The notes under the pieces are model-generated. The model made no database searches. It worked only from the letters and a program-made list of their open reading frames with translations, and was not told where the DNA came from. Source: Felis catus (Eukaryota). Taken from it: 64,000 nt of DNA. The position numbers and the translations under genes are program-made. Below are positions 52,456 through 64,000 of this stretch, one piece after another. The number at the start of each line of letters is the position of its first letter. The first letter of the stretch is position 1. Location of the stretch: the NCBI RefSeq assembly GCF_018350175.1, contig NC_058368.1:209872001-209936000 (forward strand), written 5' to 3'.

Positions 52456-52627
52456 AAAAAAGGACAGGAAAGCCAGGAAGAGGGGAGAGAAAAGCTAGGA
52501 CAGGGTAATGTCTTATGAGCCAGTGAAGGAGAGAGAACATGGTACCCATATATTTAAATTTATTATTATTATTTTTTTTTTGGATAATTCTTTAATGTCT
52601 GCTCACCTCCACTAGATTGTAAACTCA

Positions 52628-53310
52628 TCTATAGCTGCATAACAAACCATCTCAAACTTTGTGGCATGAAACAAGCAAAAAAGGTCATTTATTACTATCT
52701 TTCATGGGTCTGAGGGTTGACTAGACTTAGCTAGGTGATTATCACTCAGGATCTCTCATTCAGTTAAAGCCAGACAAGGGGAGGAAGTGGAATCATCTCA
52801 AACACTCACATGTTTGGTAGTAGATAGTGGCTATCAGCTGAGACTTCAGCTGGGACTATTGGCCTGGGTTTCTTCACAGCACAGTGAATGGGGTCTAAGA
52901 ACACATGTCCTAGAGAAAGCCAAGGAGAAGCTGTATTACTGTTTATCGCTGAGTCACTCAGAACATTTCTACTGTATTCAGTTCATTAGAAGTGAGTTAC
53001 TAAGGGGGCACCTGGGTGGCTCAGTCGATTGGGCGGCTGACTTCAGCTTAGGTCACGATCTCGCAGTCCATGATTTCGAGCCCCACATCAGGCTCTGTGC
53101 CAACAGCTCAGAGCCTAGAGCCTGCTTTGGATTCTGTGTCTCCCTCTCTCTCTGCCCCTCCCTCACTTGTGCTCTGTCTCACTCTCTGAAAAATAAATAA
53201 ATGTTAAAAAATTTTTTAAAAAAAGAAGTGAGTTACTAAGGCTAATCATATTTCAGGGCTTGATGGGAGGAATGTGCAAAAATTTGTGGACATGTTTTAA
53301 GCTACCACAT
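52628..53310 (-). mobile_element. MaLR LTR (MLT1-like), interrupted by a CanSINE
   Basis: 'gctgcataacaaaccatctcaaactttgtggc' and terminal 'ttttaagctaccaca'. Confidence 0.6.
53004..53223 (+). mobile_element. CanSINE inside the MaLR LTR
   Basis: Perfect TSD agaagtgagttactaag. Confidence 0.92.
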
Positions 53311-53647
53311 TCTGTGAGGACAGGACCTTAATCCTGCCATTTTTTAAACCACTGTATTACTAATGCTTAGGAAAAAGTAGTGTGTGGTGTGGTCAGTGAA
53401 AGTTTGTTGAACAAGTGAATGAAGAGAAAAATCAACATGTTTCAGTACCACAGATTATTCATGATAAAGACTAGGGAATATTGACTTTTATTGTTTGTTA
53501 CTAGCTGGCCACCTGTATGGCCACCATACATGTGGGCAACTCAATTTTCAGCGGCCATTACTAACACTACTGGGGGAGTGAGAACATTACAACCCCCTTC
53601 TTATAGGGCTATTGGCTCCTGGGTATGGCACAAGTGGATCTGAGAGC

Positions 53648-54638
53648 TGTTAAAAGATAAACTGAGACATATTAATAATTTTAAGAGTTTATCTTAAAGC
53701 TCTGCAAAAATCTGCTTGAATGGGCAACATCCAATCTGGCAGATAGAAAGGAGTTCCAAGGAGCTGTACAAAATGAAAGACTTTTAAGGGCAGAAGGGAG
53801 CAGGAAGAAAGAAGTTATATGAAGCACAAAAGCGGGTTGTTTATTGCAAAGTGACTTTCCTTTAGGGTTCAGCAGGGTGCCTTCAGGCAGATTACCTACC
53901 TGGTGGCTCATCAGGTGATTCCTGACCGACTGAGTTAAGATTCTACTTCTCAGAGAGCTCAAACTGTAATTCTCAGTTTGGTGACGTGGGGCTTAGTGTA
54001 AGCTACTCCAGTCTGGTTTCTAAGTCAGACCTGGTCTCACCCTAAACCCGCTCTGGTTCCTAAGTTGGACCCCGCTTGACCCAGACCAGTTTCTAAGTCG
54101 GATCCAGTCTGACTCCAGCCAGTTTCCCACCTAGCCCACCTCCAGAGGTAGTGAGAAAGCAGCCAACCCAAGGGGCTCCACCGGTACCTAGGTTTGGTTG
54201 CTCTGCTGCTCCAGGGGACCATTAGGGTCTCCTCGGTTCCCTCTTCTGATACCAAAACTGTTAGAAGATAAACTGAGGCATATTAAAAATTTTAAGAGGT
54301 TGAGCAAAAATTGATTTGAATTGGGCAGCATCCAATCCAGCAGATAGAAAGGAACTTCGAGGAGCAGTACAAAATGAAAAACTCTTATAGGCAGAAGGGA
54401 GCAGGAACAAGGGAGTTACCGGAGGCAAAAGGCGGGTTGGTTATTGCAAAGTTATTTTCCTTTAGGGAACAGCAGGGTTCTGTCAGGCAGATTACCTAAC
54501 TGGTGCTGATCAGGTGATTCCTGATTGAGTTAAATTGCATTCTGGGAGAGCCCAAGCTGTAATCAAGTTGTCTCAGTTTGGTGACATGGGGCTGAGCATA
54601 AGCTATTCCACTTTGGGCCTATTGTCTTGTTTTTAACA
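53648..54638 (-). mobile_element. Internally deleted endogenous retrovirus: 5'LTR 54259-54638, PBS/leader 54012-54258, 3'LTR 53648-54011
   Basis: Two ~370-nt direct repeats (roughly 80% identical by eye) with TGTTA...TAACA termini. TGGTATCAGAAGAGGGAA lies 4 nt inside the LTR (54237-54254, minus), a 15/18 match to a tRNA-Leu PBS. Confidence 0.85.
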
Positions 54639-54713
54639 GAGACAATACCTGAACCAAATGCCTACGTCCTTCAAGGAACTATTTTCTGCTTTTACCCAAA
54701 CATAAAAGGTGAG

Positions 54714-55330
54714 TGTAGCAGGTTTTTTTTTTTTTTCTTCCTGATGCATAACAAATTACCACAAATTTAGTGGCTTAAAACAACACTCATTTGTTAGCTC
54801 ATAGTTCTATAGGCAAGAAGTCTTGGGTGCTCTGCTTAGGGTCTTGTAAATCTCAAATCAAGGTGTTGGTCAGATTTCATTGTCATCTAGAGCTTAGGGT
54901 CCTCCTTCAAACTCATGTGGTCGTGGAAAAATCCAGTTCCTTGTGGTTGTAATATTGTAGCCTGTTTCCTTGCTGGCTAAGGGTCACTCTCAGAGATGAG
55001 ACTGCATTTCTTGCCATGTAACCCCCTCCATCTTCAAAGCCAGCAATGGAGAATTTCTCTCTCATTGAATCCCTCCCTCTCTTAGGCTTCAAATCTCTCT
55101 CACATTCTGTCTCTGATCTCTAGATCCAGATTTAAAGGGCTAGTGTAATTAGGTCAGGCTCACCTGGATAATCTCCCATTTTCAGGTCAATTGATTTGGG
55201 GACTTCATTACATCTGAAATTAATATTCGAATAACTAGGAGTTCACAGTATTAGTGTCTGAATAACTGGGAGGTATGTGTACAGCAGGGGCTAGGAATCT
55301 TGGAGGCTATTTTAGAAGTCTGCTAACACA
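54714..55330 (-). mobile_element. MaLR LTR (MLT1-like)
   Basis: Characteristic 'gcataacaaattaccacaaatttagtggcttaaaacaac', 'aaatcaaggtgttgg' and terminal '...tctgctaacaca'. Confidence 0.75.
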
Positions 55331-56280
55331 ATAGGAAATTCCCCAAATATAGGAAGGTATACAGACAGTTCCAGTATTGGAAATAAAAAATGATGCAAAT
55401 GTTTACCACAGGAAGAAAGAGGACAAATGAAGATATAGGAAAACTGAAAGGTAAGCATCTGAGATTGAAGTTATGAATTCTACTGAGGAACTACAAATGG
55501 ACAAAGGAGTGAGGAGCAGTGTTGAAAGCCTGGCTGAAGTTGGCTGGGTGCAGAAAACGGCAATCGAGGCCCTTGATGTTCTTAATTAGTTTCTTAAGCA
55601 ATCAGCTGCAGCAATGAGTATAAAAAGATGAAGCTGGAGAAATTGAATGGCGATGTTTGCATAGTATGAGGATTGGCGAGGCGAACGGCATTGATCATGG
55701 AAATGAAGGATCAAGGTAGGAGCACTGTTCCAGGAAAAGAAGTTGGAGGTCTGAATTCTCCTTATCCGTAAGGTGTGGGTTGTGCAGTGGATAACGTCCA
55801 ACCGTCGGTACTGTAGCATCTGGATTCTATGTTGTGGCCACAGGGTCCTGCTGAGTGAGAGAGAAGACAAGGAAATAATGCTAGTACAGATGAAGAATAG
55901 AGATTAGAAATCATGATGAGGACGAAGATTAGGTGCGTTCGGATTTGATGCAATCAGAGAGTGTAAGAGGATGAGGTAAAAAGTTGATTTTATGCTACTT
56001 CCCATGTAATTTAAAATTTTTATGGCCATATACTTCCTTCCCCCCACTCCTTTCTTTGGTCTATTATTGTAATAGGTTTTACTTCTCAGTAAGGTATAAT
56101 CCTCACAGTACTTTTTTGTTTGTGTGTTTGTATTAAAGGTCAATAATCATTTAAACACTTTAACAAATAAAAAATAAGTGTCTTTTATAGTTATCTGTAT
56201 ATTTACATTTATGGTACTAGTCATTATTTTATGTAGGTTTAAATTTCGATATATTATTGTCTTTCACCTTGAAGCACTTT

Positions 56281-56495
56281 TTTTTTTTTTCAACGTTTTT
56301 ATTTATTTTTGGGACAGAGAGAGACAGAGCATGAACGGGGGAGGGGCAGAGAGAGAGGGAGACACAGAATCGGAAACAGGCTCCAGGCTCCAAGCCATCA
56401 GCCCAGAGCCTGACGCGGGGCTCGAACTCCCGGACCGCGAGATCGTGACCTGGCTGAAGTCGGACCCTTAACCGACTGCGCCACCCAGGTGCCCC
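56281..56495 (-). mobile_element. CanSINE (young-type subfamily)
   Basis: CpG-rich; TSD tgaagcactttt. Confidence 0.93.
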
Positions 56496-56590
56496 ATGAA
56501 GCACTTTTAAACATAGCTTATGGCAATGAATTCTCTCAGTTTTTGTTGTCTGAAAGTATCTTTATTTCAACCTCATTTCTGAAGGATTTT

Positions 56591-56821
56591 TTAAAAATCT
56601 TCTTTAAAAATTTCTTTTAATGTTTATTTTTGAGGGAGAGAGAGACAGACAGAGTATGAGTGGGGGAGGGGCAGAGAGAGAGGGAGACCCAGAATGTGAA
56701 GCAGGCTCCAGGCTCTGAGCTGTCAGCACAGAGCCCCACATAGGGCTCAAACTCACAAACCGCGAGATCATGACCTGAGCTGAAGTCGGACACTTAACCA
56801 ACTGAGCCACCCAGGCGCCCC
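56591..56821 (-). mobile_element. CanSINE
   Basis: TSD tgaaggattttt. Confidence 0.92.
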
Positions 56822-57724
56822 TGAAGGATTTTTTTAAAAAAATATAGAATTCTAGACTGGTTCCCCCATCCCACCCGCCACCCTCTTTAAACCTTCAAAA
56901 ATGTTGGTCCATTTTGTTCTGTGAAATGAGAGATAAGTGATAATTTTTGATGAGAAATAAGTGATAATTTTTATTTCCTTGTGTATAATGGGCATTTCCT
57001 CATCTGCTGCTGCTTCTATAATCTTTCTCTCCACTGATTTTTAGCAGTTTTATTATGATGTGCCTTGGCATGGTTTTCTTTTTGTTTATTCTTTTGGGAT
57101 GTGTTGGGTGTCTGGGATGTGTGAGTTTATATTTTTTATCAAAATTCATCATAATTTCATCAAAATATAATTTCATCAAAATTTATATATTTCATCAAAA
57201 TATTTTTCATCAAAATTGTGTGAGTTTATATTTTTCAACATTTTGATCATTATTTCTTTAAATATTTCTTCCATATTCTCTCCAGGACTCAAGTTACACA
57301 TATATTAGACTATTATTGATATTGTGCCGCATATCCCTGATGCTCTAATAATATTTTTAAGCCCCTCTTAACTTGTGCTTTAGTTTGGGTAGTTTCTATT
57401 GCTTGTTTTCAAGTTTACTGGTCTTTTCTTCTGTAGTGTTCATCAGTTACTGATCTCTTCCAGTAAATTTTTCATTTTGGATATTGTATTTTTCATCTGT
57501 AGAAGTTCCATTTGTTTCTTTTTTTATATCTTCCACTTCTCTAATCATTATGTTCATGCTTTTCTCTAAATCCTTGAGCATATTTGTGATATTTTAAGCA
57601 GTTGTTTTAAATCCATCATCCATGAATTCCATAATTTCTGTCATTTTGGGGGGTATATTTCTATGGGTAATTTTTCTCCTAATTATGGGTCACATTTCCT
57701 TGTTTCTTTAAATATTTAGTGTTT

Positions 57725-57974
57725 TTTTTTTTTTTTTTAGTTTATTTATTTAATTTGAGAGAGAGAGAGATCACATGTGTGTGCACACAAGCAGTGGAAG
57801 GACAGAGAGAGAGGGAGGGAGAGAGAATCCCAAACAGACTCCATGCTGTGCTGTCTGCTGTCAGTGTGGAGCTCGATGTGGGGCACAAACCCATGAATGG
57901 TGAGATCATGACTGGAGCCACCCAGCTGAAACCAGCAGTCAGATGCTTAACCTTCTGAGTCACCCAGGCACCCC
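57725..57974 (-). mobile_element. CanSINE
   Basis: TSD tagtgttttt. Confidence 0.85.
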
Positions 57975-58595
57975 TAGTGTTTTTGATTGGATGCTGGACA
58001 GTGCATTTAAGTGTCTGGATCTTTTTATCTTTCTTTACTGGAAGAGTGGATAGATTTGTTCTGTCATGCAGTTAACTTACAGAGTAGCTTCATCATTCTG
58101 AGGCTAGTTTTTAAGCTTTTGTTAGGGACAAGTATAGAGTAACTTTTTTTTTTTTTTCTAGGATTAGTTTGGCCCTAATTCTATGCCCTGCCCTTTATTG
58201 GGTCTTCAGTGGGGAAAAACAAAGAATCAAACAAACAAACAAAAACAAACTCAGGTATTCAGTAAAGTTTCTGTTTTTCTTTGATTGGTCTCATGCAGTA
58301 TTACCCTGTGCATGCACAAGGTTGGTATTCAGCCAAATACTCAAAGAGACCCCTACACAGATTTCTAAAGCTATATCTCTGCACAGTTCTGTCTTCATTG
58401 CCCTGCAAATTTCAGCCACCTTATCTTATGTAAACTTCATTGAAGATCTCTTCCACTCAGTGAGACCACTGTGCTCTGCTTGCTTTCTGCTTTCATGGCC
58501 TGGAGTCTGGTAAATGCCTTCAGAGAAAAATGTTATAGGGGTCACTATCAGAATAATTTCATTTGTTTCCCTTCTCTGGGGAGTTACAGTTTTCT

Positions 58596-58931
58596 TGTTT
58601 ATTATTATTTTTTAATGATTATTTTTTGAGAGAGAGAGAGCATGAGCAGGGGAGGGGCAGAGAGAGAGAGGGAGACACAGATTCCGAAGCAGGCTCCAGT
58701 CTCTGAGCTGTCAGCACAGAGCCCTATTCAGGGCTCGAACTCACGAACCATGAGATCATGACCAGAGCTGAAGTCAGATGCTCAACCAACTGAGCCACCC
58801 AGGCATCCCTGTATGTATACATTTAATATAGGTTCAACGTCTTTGGTCTTATACCTTTAAGGTTAGCTACCGGGAGATCATGACCTGAGCTGAAGTTGGA
58901 CACTCAACCGAGTGAGCCACCCAGGTGCCCC
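58596..58931 (-). mobile_element. Composite CanSINE: head fragment 58874-58931, ~64-nt spacer, full SINE 58596-58809
   Basis: A single TSD gagttacagttttct at 58581-58595 and 58934-58948 brackets the whole unit. Confidence 0.85.
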
Positions 58932-59769
58932 AAGAGTTACAGTTTTCTGATGCTAGTTGTCCACGGTCTAAAAACAATTGTTTCATGCCTATTTCTCAGA
59001 GAAGAAAATGAGCAAGGCACTCTTGTGTCTACCTCTGACCTTGCTGGCCTCTTCCATAATACCCCTTGTGCAATCATGTGAAATTCTGAGTACAGGGGCT
59101 GGATGAGTTCACGGAGTTAAGAGATCTGAAATGTGTGCTGGGTTCCTACTCTCAGATTAAAAATGCAGCTTAGAATAAGGCGACTTCAGCATTTCTCGTT
59201 CAGAGTGCTTCTGGGGAAATTCTTTATGAACTCGCTAAGGTAGGTGTTCGGGAGGTTGGTAACATGAGGCAAATAGCTCCTGTCTCCCTCCTCTAGGTCC
59301 TTCCTAAGTTGGAAAACTCTCCCTGATAAAGGCAAGAACTGAGCTAGAGCTTGGGGAACAGGCTTGGAGGAGGTGGGAGCAGGGTGCAGGCACCAAGGTG
59401 GCTCAGCCTCTCTGGCTTTCGCTTTTTCTAAGGTATCCCCTCTTTTCCTTTTCTTACCCCCTACCCCCACCAAATTCTGGTGTTGTGGTTGCTATTTTCT
59501 GAAGAGCACTACTTTAAAATAACTTTTATTGTGTCATAAAATAAACAAGACAAACAAGACAAATATTTATTCATTGTTGAACACCTAAAACTTACTGAGC
59601 ATCCTTAGAGAACTATCTTAGATGGTATTTCCTTTTAATGAAATAGGTAGTTGGAATAGCTGGAATAATATAATGCATGAAGTTGTGTGTCCAATTTTTA
59701 AAGCCTAGTATTATGAACATTTTTCTAAAAATTTTAGCTCTGCTTTTACTTGTTGTGTTAGCTTGGATA

Positions 59770-59922
59770 TTAGTCTCGGTAAACCTCCGTATCCTCATTT
59801 GTAAAATGGAGATAATAGTAGTACCTCCTTCACAAGATTGCTGTCAGGACTAAATAAGATAGTATACATCCCACTCTTAGCTAGTGCCTGACATATGGTA
59901 AGCACTCATTAGCTGTTAGCTA
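59770..59922 (+). mobile_element. MIR SINE
   Basis: 'cctcatttgtaaaatggagataatagtagtacct...agtgcctgacatatggtaagcactca'. Confidence 0.7.
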
Positions 59923-62502
59923 ATACTTTTTCATGTCATGAATGAGTTCATTATATCATCAAAGTATGGCTTTTCAACGAGTGTGTATTATGTCATTGTA
60001 TAACTGTATCGTGACTTATTCAACTGTTGCCCTATTTTGGACATTCATACTTGGTAAGATTTTTGCGTTATAAGTAATTTTGTGATGAAAGTCCATTGAA
60101 TATAAACCTGTCTCCCTTTCATGTGAAGGTAAATCCCTGGAAGTGGAAGGAATAGATGGGGAAAAGGAACGGAACATTAGTGGAGGTAGAGTTTCCTTCA
60201 TCGATCTCAGCTCAGACTCCTCACATAAGGCCTCTGAGAAAGGAGAGAAGCAGCTTGGGGCTGGCTTCTAGAGGAGCTTGGGCTAAAGGAGAGAGGAAGA
60301 CCCTTTGGGACATTTATGCCTTCCCTCCTTTTTGTTTCAAATTCTCAGAGGGTTGGGGCTCACTGAACTGGGAAGACCTGAGGTCTATGTCCACAGCTCA
60401 CTGGCCAAGTATGTGACGTTGGGAAAGTCACTCAATTTCCATGGGCTTCCTCTTGGATAAAATGAGGAATTGGACTCCACTTCTAAAGTTCCTTTAAATG
60501 CTAGCATCCTTCAATCTAAGACTCTGACAACCTCATATCTAATATCAACAGACTCCACTTCTTACTTCAAGTGGAGAATTTAGTTCGTGAAATCTTTGGT
60601 TAATACATGTTTTCCAGAAGCATTTATCCCACATCTACTATTCATCCATCACAGAGGTGAATGGTCTCCAGTCTTCGAGGAACTCCCAGTCTAGTAGGGA
60701 AATAGGACAATTATATTGACACACCGCGACAAGTTCTATAATAGAGGCTATCGCTGAATCCCATGGAAGGACAGAAGGAGGAGATATCTGTTATGTTTTT
60801 AATGGTGCTGAGTGTGTGGGTCAGATTAGGAGTGGATCACCCAGGAAAACAGGCAAGCTGTCTCCAATCTCTTTTATGTATGGGCCTGATTCTGAGTATC
60901 AGTGAAAGCTCTCTTGATATGAGATTGTTATCTTAAAACATCTCCATAAAGCGAATATTGCCAAGAAATTCCAAGATGAGAGAAGGGAAGTTGACTACAA
61001 AAATGAACAAGACATTGTCTTTACCTCCTAAATAGGGATGGGAAAAGGCGGCTATGGAAGTGGTCAGTATGGAAAGTTAAGTATGGAAATAATAATAATA
61101 AGTTATGGACAGAGCAATTTTATTCCTGAGAGATCTGGGGTGTTCCTTCTGGCTTGTTGAAAACAATGTTGGCTTTGGAGTTAGAGTGGACAGGTAGCTT
61201 CAGGATCTAGGATAGGTTGCCTGATAGCTGTATCAGTAAACAGACCCAGGAACACTTACCTGGAGATAATGCCCCTAGAGCTGGGGTATGTATCAGACAC
61301 TGTAGAAGATGCTCCTTTCTCCCTTCCTCTGGTCACCAATCTTTTAGTCTTTGTTTACATATCTTAAAGGTGTGAATAGTATTTTCCCCTGAAGGAATAT
61401 TGATGAAGTAGTGAGTATGAGGGCATTTGGCACATGTTAGAGCATTACTGTGGTTCTGGAAGGAGGATATGAACTAGAGTCTTGAAGAACGGACTTATCC
61501 AGTAGACGTTTTAAGGAAGATTTTGGCATTCACCAGGGAGTTGTGCTCATCTGCAGAAGGGCACCATCCAGGAGCAGTTCCTGGCACGGGGCCTAATGCT
61601 GTGGGCAGTGGTGAAAGCTCTCACAGGAGAGGGAAATGGAGCAAAGGGGAAGGAGGACAGGGCCAGCTGACCACATCTCAGTCCGACTTGGCCAAAGTGC
61701 CAGTAGGGAAGGGATACTTAGGCAGAGTAGGGTCTGGGGGTGGGGTGACTTCTTCTGAAGTGCTAGTCATCTAGCACTATGGGGAATGTGACAAATAGTG
61801 GTTAGCACCCCTCCCTCTCTGTCCCTCCTTGTTGTGTTCCAAAGGGGAAAGCTATGCTGAAAGGGCTTAAAAAAAAAAAAAAAAAAAAAGGCAGGGCAAG
61901 GGAAAGATAAACCAAGCAGGGGTTGCCAGGACAATAGTGAACAGACATCTGGGTTGAGTGTTTGGGGTTGTGCAGTGAAGGAGAAATGCCCTGAGAAGTG
62001 CTGGGCTTTGTTCAGAATTCAGACATAATGGCAAAGGCCAATGAGATCCTCTCCACCCACCCCCCTCCATCCCACCCCCCACCCCCAAAGTCCACCCAGA
62101 CAGAGAGGGGGAGAGATAAAGAGGCGGGAGATTTATTTTGATGTAGAGTGTTCTGAAAGCAATCCAGAAGGGAACGGAAGTGAGCTCAGAGAAGGGAAAA
62201 TGTAGGATATCCTAGGGCACTTTCACAAGGCACCAGGACAGGAGAGAGAATCCACAAAGCAGTGCGGTGACTGTTATCTCCATATGTACGGAATGCCCGC
62301 TCTGTGCCTGCAGTTGAAATCGGCGGCTTTTTTTTTTTGAACAGAATAGCATTTGCCGGATTTGGGATGTGTTATCTCAGAATGTGTTTCCTATGCCTGC
62401 TCCCTTGTCTCCCAGCATGCTCTGTCCAGCGTAGTGAAGGTGCCTGGTTAGATCACTGGGTAAGGCATGCACTATCTCTCATGCAAGCACAATCACAACA
62501 TA

Positions 62503-62735
62503 GCTAGCAGTTAAAAACATGGACTCTGGTGCTACACTCTCTGGATTTGTAATCCAGTTCTACCACTTGGGCGAGAACTTAACCTTCCTGGGACTCAGTT
62601 TCCTCATTTGTAAAATGGGATAAGAGTAGTATCAGCTGTGGACTGTTACAGGGTTAGACAGGTTACACATGTGAGGCACTGAGGAGACTGCTTGGCACGT
62701 GGTAAGAACTATGAAGCGTTGGCTATCATTATTAT
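62503..62735 (+). mobile_element. MIR SINE
   Basis: 'catggactctgg' and 'ctcagtttcctcatttgtaaaatgggataa'. Confidence 0.7.
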
Positions 62736-62987
62736 AAAATACCTGGTGCTTAGAAGGTATTCAAACGATGTTAAGTGCTGTCAGAAAAATCATCGTATCA
62801 AACAGTTCCTGAATCCCTATGTATCCATGATGCTACGTTTTATACTTATTTATGGTGCTCAACTGAAGACATGTTTTTCGCCTGGTAACTTACTTTCTGG
62901 GGTGGATGCACTGATTTGGACACAAAGAATTGAAGAAAAAAATGAGAAATCAGGCACAAAAAATAATGCATCAAAAAATAAAGATGT

Positions 62988-63190
62988 GGGTCACCCAGGT
63001 GGCTCAGTCAGTTGTGTTTGACTTGATTTTGGCTCAAGTTATGATCTCATGGTTCGTGGAGTTGAGCCCCCCATCAGGCTCCCTGCTGATAGTATGAAGC
63101 CTGCTTGGGATTTTCTCTCCTCTTCTCTTCTGCCCCTATCCCCCAATCAATCAATCAATCAATCAATCAAATTAAATAAAAAAAAAAAAA
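62988..63190 (+). mobile_element. CanSINE with (TCAA)n in its tail
   Basis: TSD aaagatgtg. Confidence 0.85.
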
Positions 63191-63288
63191 AGATGTGAGC
63201 ATAAAAAGCCAACCAAAATTTGTGCTTACTATCTTAACAGAGCAATCTCATTTCTTATTGGTAGGGTTTTAAAATTGGTTGATAAGTC

Positions 63289-63480
63289 GTGGCACCTGGG
63301 TGGCTCAGTTGGTTAAGCATCTTACTTTGGCTCAGGTCATGATGTCATGGTTTGTGAGTTCAAGTCCCGCATCAGGTGAGCTCGAGCCCCACTTCTTTCT
63401 CTTTCTCTCTGCCTCTCACTCACTTGCACCCTTTCTCTCACAAATAAAATAAAAATAAAAATAAAAATAAAATAAAATAA
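63289..63480 (+). mobile_element. CanSINE with (AAAAT)n tail
   Basis: TSD aaaat(t/a)ggttgata(a/t)gtc. Confidence 0.85.
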
Positions 63481-64000
63481 AATAGGTTGATATGTCAATT
63501 TGCAGCTGTTAAATAGTCATATGCCTACATGTAAGGAGGTCTCTATTGGGATATCACAGAAATCATTCTTATCCTGGTGAATCGTTTTCCATAATAATAG
63601 CTTGTTATTATAATAAATCATAAAATATTTAATGTTAAAGTTATATGTTATAATAAATATCATATTTATAGCAATATTTTATTTCTATAATAAAATGTTG
63701 AGAGAATACCAGCTATGATGTCATTTAGTTATCTCAAGGATCCTGTGATACAAAATATTTATTATTATTCCCATTTGACAGATGAGAAGGTTGAAATCGC
63801 TCAAGTTCACATAGTTAATGAAGGGTACAGCTTGTATTTAAACCTAGAACCTAGAACCATTTGAATTCAAATCTATATTCTAAATGACAAAGAATCCAAA
63901 GGTAATAATTTAGATTATCAAAAAGATATCAAAAGAAATAGAGTTGTGGACTGAAACTAACAGGAGTAGATAAAATAGGGATAGATGGAAAATTCTGAAT

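Larger units (their letters stand above)
55950..58990 (-). mobile_element. Fragmented old LINE-1 (ORF1/5' region) with nested CanSINEs
   Basis: 'ctctcagttttt...tctgaaagtatctttatttc', 'tgatgtgccttggcatggttttc' and 'ttgtatttttcatctgtagaagttccattt'. Confidence 0.65.

Noticed and set aside
54012..54125. Spaced ~20-nt repeats superficially like a CRISPR array
   Set aside because: Mammalian ERV leader, only three degenerate copies with irregular spacing and no cas genes.
58810..58873. SINE spacer as a mitochondrial tRNA/NUMT fragment
   Set aside because: Only a vague resemblance; I cannot build a cloverleaf or a confident match without a search.
61250..61266. Perfect minus-strand donor CAG|GTAAGT as a possible far-upstream SLC1A3 exon
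   Set aside because: An isolated motif expected by chance in 64 kb, with no exon or promoter support from sequence alone.
1..64000. Most ORF-track entries (60-150 aa)
   Set aside because: No recognisable protein similarity. Many are translations of CanSINEs (e.g. MWGAWVAQSVK...), microsatellites, or the antisense strand of real exons.

Overview
This is mammalian genomic DNA, most likely a felid, judged from the abundant feliform-type CanSINEs. The left half holds the 5' end of SLC1A3 (EAAT1/GLAST glial glutamate transporter) on the minus strand: non-coding exon 1 (~29374-29500), exon 2 (27473-27745, ATG at 27653) and exon 3 (9283-9420). The rest of the gene lies beyond the left edge. The upstream 34 kb is repeat-rich. 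It contains a disabled LDHB processed pseudogene (~48048-49321, minus), a solo LTR, an internally deleted two-LTR endogenous retrovirus with a tRNA-Leu-type primer-binding site, MaLR LTRs, a MER33-like element, and L1/L2/MIR fragments. About 32 CanSINEs occur across the window. Apart from the SLC1A3 exons and the LDHB copy, the ORF-track entries look spurious. I found no convincing new multi-gene system. The best second-look items are two splice-spanning uORFs in the SLC1A3 5'UTR, a composite SINE-spacer-SINE insertion under a single TSD, the deleted ERV, possible intronic polyadenylation after exon 2, and a ~25 kb SINE-poor zone over intron 2 and the promoter. Repeat family names are by-eye recognitions and need RepeatMasker/Dfam confirmation.
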